Below, in pieces: positions 8,638 to 15,356 of a stretch of 27,471 nucleotides of DNA. Source of the DNA: a virus (taxonomy: Duplodnaviria > Caudoviricetes); IMG/VR virus record IMGVR_UViG_3300046103_003260, positions 1 to 27,471 of that record. One strand, given 5' to 3'. How positions within the stretch are numbered: the first letter of the stretch is position 1; each line of letters begins with the position of its first letter. A model generated the notes under the pieces. That model saw only the letters and a list, made by a program, of their open reading frames with translations. It searched no databases and was not told the origin of the DNA. The translations under genes and the position numbers were made by a program.

Positions 8638-9129
8638 ATGGCAAGAGTTAATATAGGAGTAGATCCTAAACATTTATCGGATCAGCATTTGATTGCTGAG
8701 AGTGTAGAAATCACTATGATTACAGGTGGTTTAAGAAAACACGGATTTGAAATAAAATCTCCTGTTCCTGATATATTCAAAATGGGCACAGGTCATATTA
8801 ATTTTTTTAAGAATAAATTAGTATATCTCAAAAAAAGATTAGGCGTTGTAAATGATGAAATGCGGAGACGTAATTTCAAACCTGGAACCAAATTAGACCT
8901 AAACGAATTTCCTAAAAAATACCATAATGATTGGCTACCAGATATGAGTGCTTCAATGATACTCAGAAATAGAATTGTTGAGAGATTGAGAAATCCTCTT
9001 AATGGAAAACCTGGAGCTGAGTATCATAGATATAAAAGCGCATTAATTAATAATTACGAAGAGTTCTGTAATGATCTATTTCATTCAGAATTATATAACC
9101 TAAACGGAGAGAAAAATGACAAAATTTAA
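8638..9129 (+). CDS. denV: pyrimidine-dimer DNA glycosylase family protein (T4 endonuclease V-like), divergent
   Basis: 'MARVN...LSDQHLIAESVE', 'FKMGTGHINFFKNKLVYL' and 'EMRRRNFKP' parallel T4 DenV (MTRIN...LADQHLMAEYRE; LGAGHVTFFYDKLEFL). Confidence 0.85.
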   Translation: MARVNIGVDPKHLSDQHLIAESVEITMITGGLRKHGFEIKSPVPDIFKMGTGHINFFKNKLVYLKKRLGVVNDEMRRRNFKPGTKLDLNEFPKKYHNDWLPDMSASMILRNRIVERLRNPLNGKPGAEYHRYKSALINNYEEFCNDLFHSELYNLNGEKNDKI

Positions 9130-9667
9130 GAGTACAAAAACATTTGACGGATACAGCACGGCATTTAGACAGTGGAGAGCAACACATTCACATTGTCAAT
9201 ATGTCCATGGATATGCATTAAAATTTAAGGTATGGTTTGAGGGAGAATTAGATCATATGAATTATGTATGTGATTTTGGCTGTTTCAAAAGAAATGGCAT
9301 TAAGGAAGAATTAGCTAATCAATTTGATCATACAATGGTAGTGGCTTCTGATGATCCACATATAGAGATATTTAGAAAGATGGACAAGGCAGGATTGGTT
9401 CAATTAAGGGTAATGGAACATGTAGGATGTGAAAGATATGCAGAATGGGTATTTAATCTCATTAATGATAGGATGCAAGAAGAAACATCTGGTAGAGTAA
9501 AGGTATTGAAGGTAGAATCCTTTGAAGGTGGAACAGATAATTCAGCAATATATTATCCAAATGTAGATACTCATCAACCTAGAGAAATAACAGGTATACC
9601 TAATGGTAATACTATGTCTGATACAGATGATAAACCACAAATTAATAATCCAAAAACATTTATTTAA
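9116..9667 (+). CDS. queD: 6-carboxy-5,6,7,8-tetrahydropterin synthase
   Basis: 'HCQYVHGY' (CxxxHG), 'CDFG', 'FDH' and 'GCE' T-fold motifs, in a queC/queE/folE context. Confidence 0.9.
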   Translation: MTKFKSTKTFDGYSTAFRQWRATHSHCQYVHGYALKFKVWFEGELDHMNYVCDFGCFKRNGIKEELANQFDHTMVVASDDPHIEIFRKMDKAGLVQLRVMEHVGCERYAEWVFNLINDRMQEETSGRVKVLKVESFEGGTDNSAIYYPNVDTHQPREITGIPNGNTMSDTDDKPQINNPKTFI

Positions 9668-9676
9668 GAATACATT

Positions 9677-10429
9677 ATGAAAGTAGCATTTATTTGTCCA
9701 ACACACGACCTAAAATATGATAATACAGATTATCATATGGCACTAACACATTTAATATTAAAATATCCTAAATACACGGAATTTTATAAACAAAAATTAG
9801 CTAATGGCGAATATGTCATTTTAGATAATTCATTAATTGAATTAGGTAATAAAGCATTACAATCAGATGTTGTAATGAAGGCAGCCGAGGAATTAAGACC
9901 ATCAGAAATAGTTTTACCTGATGTATATAGAGATGGCCCAGCAACAATAAAATCCACAGATATAGCATTGACCAAGGTTGAATTATGGTTAATGATGGAC
10001 GAGACTAAATTACAAGTAGTATGTCATGGTAAGGATCCTGATGAATGGAAAAGAACCTGGGACATCTTAAGTAAATATGATGATATTGATGTCTTAGCAG
10101 TTCCTAAGGTTACCGAAACGCAATTTGCAGGTGGAAGGCCTGAGGCGGTAAGATATGCTTTAGCAAATAATCCACAAAATAAGGAAATACATTTATTAGG
10201 ATGCTGGAGCACGGTTGATGAATTTAAGGAATATAGCAGTGAGGAAAAATCCTTAATTAGGGGTGTAGATACTAGTATTGTATATCACTGTGCAGCTGCA
10301 GGAATAAAATTCGAGGATAAATATGATTACCAAAAACCAGATTGGACAATTGATTTGGAAGAACCATATAAAATTGATGAAGAATTAATGTTAAAAAATC
10401 AGCGATATATGTTGGATATATTAAAATAA
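9677..10429 (+). CDS. compact TGT/DpdA-like TIM-barrel protein (putative guanine/7-deazaguanine transglycosylase)
   Basis: Motif order ILDNS - LPD - VVCHG - IHLLG - RGVDTS parallels TGT DSGG / D156 / Q203-G / L(M/L)G / D280. Lies inside the que cluster. Confidence 0.62.
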   Translation: MKVAFICPTHDLKYDNTDYHMALTHLILKYPKYTEFYKQKLANGEYVILDNSLIELGNKALQSDVVMKAAEELRPSEIVLPDVYRDGPATIKSTDIALTKVELWLMMDETKLQVVCHGKDPDEWKRTWDILSKYDDIDVLAVPKVTETQFAGGRPEAVRYALANNPQNKEIHLLGCWSTVDEFKEYSSEEKSLIRGVDTSIVYHCAAAGIKFEDKYDYQKPDWTIDLEEPYKIDEELMLKNQRYMLDILK

Positions 10430-10441
10430 TTTTGTATATTA
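10412..10441 (+). promoter_or_regulatory. putative promoter TTG-N20-TATATTA upstream of the kinase
   Basis: TTG at 10412 and TATATT at 10435, followed by an AAGGAG RBS. Confidence 0.68.
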
Positions 10442-10463
10442 TATATAATAAAGGAGAAAAGAT

Positions 10464-11081
10464 ATGAAAATAGCATTTGTAGGAGCACAAGGAACGGGTA
10501 AGACAACATTAGTAAATAAGTTAAAATTAGCAATGCCATGGATGCATGTATATGATGAAGTGGTAAGGACATTAGCTACAAATCCTAATGTAAAGATTAA
10601 TAAAGAGGGAGATGATTATTCTCAGGATTTAATTACTCTTACTCATTTAAGGAATGCACAGGAAGCTTCATATGCACATAAATATTCACTATTTGATAGA
10701 TGTATAATAGATTCACATGCGTATGCTATGCAATGTATGCAGGATGGATTTGTAAGTTCAGTATCAGTAAATTATTCAAGTAGAATCATGAATGCTATAT
10801 TTAATACATTTCCTTTTGATTTAATTATATATATACCTCCTTACAAGGAATTTCTAAAAGAAGATGGAGTAAGGGATACGGATTCCGAATATCAGGAAAA
10901 GATTTCTATACATATGAAAAATACTATTCATGTGTTAAAGAATTCACATCCTGATCTTAATGTTGTAGAGTTAGAAACAATTGGTATAGATGAAAGGATT
11001 AAAGAAATAAAGGATTATTTGGAAGAAACCGGTAAGATCGATATTGAAACAAAAGAAATGAAACCAGCATTTATTAAATAA
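10464..11081 (+). CDS. P-loop nucleoside/nucleotide kinase (AAA_28 / NadR-Ttd14 / dNMP-kinase-like)
   Basis: 'GAQGTGKTT', 'EVVR', 'FDRCIIDSHAY' (DR motif of TMPK/dNK-type kinases) and lid 'DGVRD'. Confidence 0.8.
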   Translation: MKIAFVGAQGTGKTTLVNKLKLAMPWMHVYDEVVRTLATNPNVKINKEGDDYSQDLITLTHLRNAQEASYAHKYSLFDRCIIDSHAYAMQCMQDGFVSSVSVNYSSRIMNAIFNTFPFDLIIYIPPYKEFLKEDGVRDTDSEYQEKISIHMKNTIHVLKNSHPDLNVVELETIGIDERIKEIKDYLEETGKIDIETKEMKPAFIK

Positions 11082-11082
11082 A

Positions 11083-11871
11083 ATGGAAGATATTATGAAA
11101 AAGCAAGCAGTATTATCACTATCAGGTGGGATGGATTCGAGCACGGTATTATTACACTTATTAGCTAAAGATTATGAGGTAACAGCATTAAGTTTTGATT
11201 ATGGTCAAAAGCATAATGTAGAATTGGAACGAGCATCAGAATTGATTGAATATTTAGACAGAGCTGGATATCCAGTAAAATATCAAAGAATCACATTACA
11301 AGGATTGGTTGGATTATTAGATTCAGCTCTTGTAAAGGGTGGTGATGATGTTCCTGAAGGACATTACGAAGAAGATAATATGAAGGATACGGTTGTGCCT
11401 AATAGAAATAAAATATTTTCATCTATTATTCAAGCAGTAGCATTATCAATAGCTCAGCAAAAAGAATGTGATGTAGATATTGCAATGGGTATACATGCAG
11501 GCGATCATGCAATTTATCCTGATTGTAGACAAGAGTTTAGAGATGCAGATTATGAAGCATTTAAGGAAGGTAATTGGGATGCTGATAGAGTAAAATATAT
11601 TACACCTTATTTAATGGATGATAAATATGATATATTAGTAGATGGTGAAGCAGCATGTTTTGTATTAGGATTAGATTTTGATGAGGTTTATAAAAGAACA
11701 AACACATCATATAAACCAGACGCCGAAGGAAGATCAGATTACAAATCAGCATCTTCCGTAGAAAGAATTGAAGCATTCTTAAAATTAGACAGAAGAGATC
11801 CAGTTGAATATATCGATGGATGGGAAGTAGCTAAAAAACACGTAGAAAAAATATTGAAAGACCATGCTTAA
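11083..11871 (+). CDS. queC: 7-cyano-7-deazaguanine synthase (variant lacking the zinc-site cysteines)
   Basis: PP-loop 'SGGMDS', 'FDYGQKH', 'VVPNRN', 'HAGDHAIYPDCR'. Alternative start at 11095. Confidence 0.93.
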   Translation: MEDIMKKQAVLSLSGGMDSSTVLLHLLAKDYEVTALSFDYGQKHNVELERASELIEYLDRAGYPVKYQRITLQGLVGLLDSALVKGGDDVPEGHYEEDNMKDTVVPNRNKIFSSIIQAVALSIAQQKECDVDIAMGIHAGDHAIYPDCRQEFRDADYEAFKEGNWDADRVKYITPYLMDDKYDILVDGEAACFVLGLDFDEVYKRTNTSYKPDAEGRSDYKSASSVERIEAFLKLDRRDPVEYIDGWEVAKKHVEKILKDHA

Positions 11872-12637
11872 AAGAATAGAAGATTATAGTAAAATATTAC
11901 CTATATTAGAAATATATAGATGTGTTCAATCAGAGGGAAGTAGATTTGGTAGACCAACAATAGCAGTAAGAACTACAGGGTGCACTCATAGATGCTACTT
12001 TGGAGAAGGTGGTTGGTGTGATAGTTGGTATACAAGTATTCACCCAGAAAAGGGTATTTTTAGCTTTAATGATATAGTTAAAATATATGATGAAAATCCA
12101 CAAGTAAAGGAAATGATGTTAACAGGAGGATCTCCTACTATGCACCCTGCTTTGGTAAATGAAATAACCCATTTTGCAAAAGAAAGGGGTATTATAGTTA
12201 CTATTGAAACAGAAGGATCCGCATTTGTTGAAACGGAATACCCATTAGATTTATTATCAATAAGCCCTAAATTTAGTAATAGTATACCTGTATTAGATGC
12301 AGTAACACCAGCTGGAAAAGTAGTTGATCAGAGATTTATAGATACACATAATAGAAAGCGAATGAATACTGAGGCAATTAAGCAAATGATATCTTTTCAT
12401 AAGGATTATCATTATAAACCAGTATGGGATGGGACAGATAAGAATCTTAAAGAAATAGAGGATTATAGATTAGAATTAGGTATACCAAAGGACAAAACCT
12501 TTGTAATGCCAGCTGGAGATACTAGAGAAACATTAGTTAAAATGTATCCATTAGTATTTGAAATGGTAGCAGAGCATGGATATAACATGACAGGTAGAGA
12601 CCATATTATAGCATATGATACAGATCGTGGAGTATAA
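11864..12637 (+). CDS. queE: 7-carboxy-7-deazaguanine synthase (radical SAM)
   Basis: 'VQSEG...GRP...VRTTGCTHRC...WCDS', 'LTGGSP', 'TIETEG', 'SISPK'. Confidence 0.92.
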   Translation: MLKRIEDYSKILPILEIYRCVQSEGSRFGRPTIAVRTTGCTHRCYFGEGGWCDSWYTSIHPEKGIFSFNDIVKIYDENPQVKEMMLTGGSPTMHPALVNEITHFAKERGIIVTIETEGSAFVETEYPLDLLSISPKFSNSIPVLDAVTPAGKVVDQRFIDTHNRKRMNTEAIKQMISFHKDYHYKPVWDGTDKNLKEIEDYRLELGIPKDKTFVMPAGDTRETLVKMYPLVFEMVAEHGYNMTGRDHIIAYDTDRGV

Positions 12638-12789
12638 TGACTATAAAGGAGATTTATGCTATAGTAAAAGAGCTAGAAGACCATATTAAGGATGCATGTT
12701 GCACTGTAACCATGGATTCAGATGATGTAAGAGATTTAATTACAAGGTTAAGAATAGCTATAAATGAATATGATAAACAACAAAAATAA
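12637..12789 (+). CDS. small hypothetical protein (50 aa, not in the ORF track)
   Basis: TAATG overlap with the queE stop. MTIKEIYAIVKELEDHIKDACCTVTMDSDDVRDLITRLRIAINEYDKQQK* ends 6 nt before the next ATG. Confidence 0.65.
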   Translation: MTIKEIYAIVKELEDHIKDACCTVTMDSDDVRDLITRLRIAINEYDKQQK

Positions 12790-12795
12790 ATAAAT

Positions 12796-13248
12796 ATGAG
12801 TACAGTACAATTAACCAAGAAATTTGGTAAATCAGGATTAAAAGGTGGTAAGGCAGAAGAATGGATATTTAATAAATTAAATACCGTCTATGATGAGGTT
12901 ATAGATTTACGAGAAGATTGGAAAGCACAGATCGATGGAATAGATTTCGGTATTAAAAAGGACAGCTGGCATAATGCATATTTCCTGGATAGTAAAGGTA
13001 ATCTAAATAATGGTCATTTTTATCTTGAATTTGAGAAGGATTACAAGCCTGGGTGGTTTTGGAAATCGAAATCAGATAGGATATACCATGTAGATGTAGC
13101 GAATAATAAAGCATGCTGGTATAGTTTACCAGAGATGCGGCAAGCTATTAACCAGATGAACTGTTGCATAGGTCCTATGAATGGTGGATTGTGTAAGATA
13201 GATGCAAATGATGAACGTTTCAAACAAATTATTAAATGGACATATTAA
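12796..13248 (+). CDS. PD-(D/E)xK nuclease-fold protein
   Basis: 'GKAEE' helix, 'QIDGIDF', 'LDSKGN', 'FYLEF', 'PGWFWKSKSD', typical of small phage restriction-endonuclease-fold proteins. Confidence 0.65.
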   Translation: MSTVQLTKKFGKSGLKGGKAEEWIFNKLNTVYDEVIDLREDWKAQIDGIDFGIKKDSWHNAYFLDSKGNLNNGHFYLEFEKDYKPGWFWKSKSDRIYHVDVANNKACWYSLPEMRQAINQMNCCIGPMNGGLCKIDANDERFKQIIKWTY

Positions 13249-13754
13249 TAAATAAAGCCCAATTAGCCGATCGTATTAAGACGATGGCTGAGCAATTGGA
13301 GCAACATACAACAAAACATGATAATGGATTACCGCCTGTATTTATCTGCGTGTTAAACGGAGCTTATAAGTTCTTTACAGATTTAGTATCGGAATACAAC
13401 GGATTATGTGAAATAGATTTTATTAAAGCAAAATCATATATAGGTAAAGACAATTCCTCAGGAGTTCAAATAAAAAGTGATGTAGAGGTTGATTTATTGG
13501 GAAAAAATTTGTATATTATAGATGATATAATTGATACAGGTAATACAATGAAAGAGCTCGTTATACATTTTAATCAACAATCTCCAAATAGGATTAGTGT
13601 GGTATCATTATTAAAAAGAAGATCTGATGATCATCCGATTGATTTATATGGATTTGAAATTGATGATGAATGGGTAGTTGGTTACGGATTAGATGATATG
13701 GGGTTAAATAGAAATTTAGAAAATATTTATGCAAAAGGGAAAACAAATGACTGA
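13236..13754 (+). CDS. hpt: purine (hypoxanthine/guanine-type) phosphoribosyltransferase
   Basis: 'CVLNGA..F..DL', 'KSY' loop, PRPP-binding 'IIDDIIDTGNT' and 'WVVGYGLD...RNL'. Confidence 0.92.
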   Translation: MDILINKAQLADRIKTMAEQLEQHTTKHDNGLPPVFICVLNGAYKFFTDLVSEYNGLCEIDFIKAKSYIGKDNSSGVQIKSDVEVDLLGKNLYIIDDIIDTGNTMKELVIHFNQQSPNRISVVSLLKRRSDDHPIDLYGFEIDDEWVVGYGLDDMGLNRNLENIYAKGKTND

Positions 13755-14391
13755 GAAATTAAAATACGCGAATGGTAATATACCATTAACGCCAAAACAA
13801 CAAGAAAGATTAATTAAGAAGGCTGCAAAGGCATATGAAAAATATATGGATGCGTTAGGGTTTGATTGGAGAAATGATCCAAATTCTTCTGATACTCCAC
13901 ATAGAGTAGCAAAGGCCTGGGTTAATGATATAGCAGAAGGATGTTATAGCAATGAACCTAAAATTACAGCTTTTGACAATATTGATAAATACGATGGAAT
14001 GGTATTCCAGGGTAATATAAAGATACATTCTTTATGTTCACATCACCATCAACCATTTTTAGGAAATGCTCATGTAGCATATATCCCATCACCTGATGGT
14101 CAGATTATAGGATTAAGTAAGATTAATAGAATTGCGGAATTTTATGCAAGAAGACCACAAGTACAGGAAAACCTTACAATGCAAATACATGATCATATTA
14201 ATAGGGTATGTGGTAAAAATATAGGAGTAGCCGTAATGGTTTCTGCAGATCATATGTGTGCATGTGTAAGAGGAGTAAAGCATAACTCCACAATGAAGAC
14301 GGCAAAGATGTCTGGAGTATTTATGGATAATAATAACCTAGCTCGTACAGAGTTTTATGAATTTATAGCGGGATTAAGAAATGACAGATAA
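13747..14391 (+). CDS. folE: GTP cyclohydrolase I
   Basis: 'DTPHRVAK', 'SLCSHHHQPF', 'GLSKINR', 'RRPQVQENLT', 'HMCACVRG'. ATG 13747 preferred; the ORF track gives 13729. Confidence 0.95.
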   Translation: MTEKLKYANGNIPLTPKQQERLIKKAAKAYEKYMDALGFDWRNDPNSSDTPHRVAKAWVNDIAEGCYSNEPKITAFDNIDKYDGMVFQGNIKIHSLCSHHHQPFLGNAHVAYIPSPDGQIIGLSKINRIAEFYARRPQVQENLTMQIHDHINRVCGKNIGVAVMVSADHMCACVRGVKHNSTMKTAKMSGVFMDNNNLARTEFYEFIAGLRNDR

Positions 14392-14917
14392 AAAATACGT
14401 ATTTCCTACGAGAAGGAAAAGGATACCCTTTATTAATGAGGTAGAAGAATTTAATGCTACATTTGGCAAGCCAAATAATTATGCACCAATCATTCCAGAT
14501 AGGAAGCAATGGATGTTTGTTTATGATTTTATTCTCGAGGAATTAGAAGAATATAAAGAGGCATGTGAAAAGGGAGATATAGTTGAGGTACTTGATGCAT
14601 TAGCTGATATTACATATGTATCTCTTGGTAATGGGGCAATGCTTCATGGACTAAAGGATAAGATTGAACCAGCATATGCTGAAGTACAAGCTTCTAATAT
14701 GTCTAAATCATGTGCAACAGAAGAAGAGGCAATTGAAACCGTAAAGGTAAGATCCAAAGAAAAAGGTCATGATTGTCATTATGAAAAAGTTGGTGATAGA
14801 TGGGTAGCATATAGAAGTAGTGATAACAAGGTTATGAAATCAATTAATTATTTCAGACCTAATCTTACTCAATTTTTTACACAAGATGAATTAGATCAGA
14901 CAAAAAATGACATATAG
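14381..14917 (+). CDS. MazG-like (all-alpha) nucleoside triphosphate pyrophosphohydrolase
   Basis: 'EELEEY...EVLDALADITYV' (ExxE...ExxD) and 'EVQASNMSK...KVMK'. Confidence 0.88.
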   Translation: MTDKKYVFPTRRKRIPFINEVEEFNATFGKPNNYAPIIPDRKQWMFVYDFILEELEEYKEACEKGDIVEVLDALADITYVSLGNGAMLHGLKDKIEPAYAEVQASNMSKSCATEEEAIETVKVRSKEKGHDCHYEKVGDRWVAYRSSDNKVMKSINYFRPNLTQFFTQDELDQTKNDI

Positions 14918-15161
14918 CAAAAAAGAACAGATGAATAAGCTCATGGTATTGAGGCAGAGGACAGAGAGGTGGAAGCAAATGTATATGATGAACTCAGATA
15001 GGGATCAGGTTGAAAAAGATCTAACTATTATAGAGAACTGTATAGATAGTCTAGAGAAACAGAAAAGGGCTTCTCTAGCTACAGGTATAGGATATCCATT
15101 AATGAAGGTACTTAATGAGATTTGGCATAGATATAAAACTAACAAAAAGATAAAAATATGA
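14907..15161 (+). CDS. hypothetical protein
   Basis: 84-aa ORF overlapping both neighbours in operon style. Confidence 0.65.
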   Translation: MTYSKKEQMNKLMVLRQRTERWKQMYMMNSDRDQVEKDLTIIENCIDSLEKQKRASLATGIGYPLMKVLNEIWHRYKTNKKIKI

Positions 15162-15355
15162 CTAGAACAGGTGGAATAATGAGCGATCATAGACAGAAGC
15201 AACAATTACCAGATGCAAGAAAGCATCAGATTATAAGTTTTATCAAATCAGGTATAAGAATAGTGGGTTATATTTTTATACCATTCAATTTACCAGTTGC
15301 AGTAGTAATGCTGGTGGTTTCAGAGGCAGTAGGGATAATTGAGGAATTAGTATAA
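15158..15355 (+). CDS. small membrane protein
   Basis: 65 aa with a hydrophobic C-terminal half ('ISFIKSGIRIVG...VAVVMLVVSEAVGIIEELV'). Stop is 1 nt before the polymerase start. Alternative start at 15179. Confidence 0.7.
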   Translation: MTRTGGIMSDHRQKQQLPDARKHQIISFIKSGIRIVGYIFIPFNLPVAVVMLVVSEAVGIIEELV

Positions 15356-15356
15356 T

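Noticed and set aside
9116-14391. Ordinary bacterial queuosine tRNA-modification operon
   Set aside because: The context is entirely phage-like, and there is no queF, queA, queG/H or full-length zinc-binding tgt in the window. An auxiliary role supplying preQ0 to the host cannot be fully excluded.
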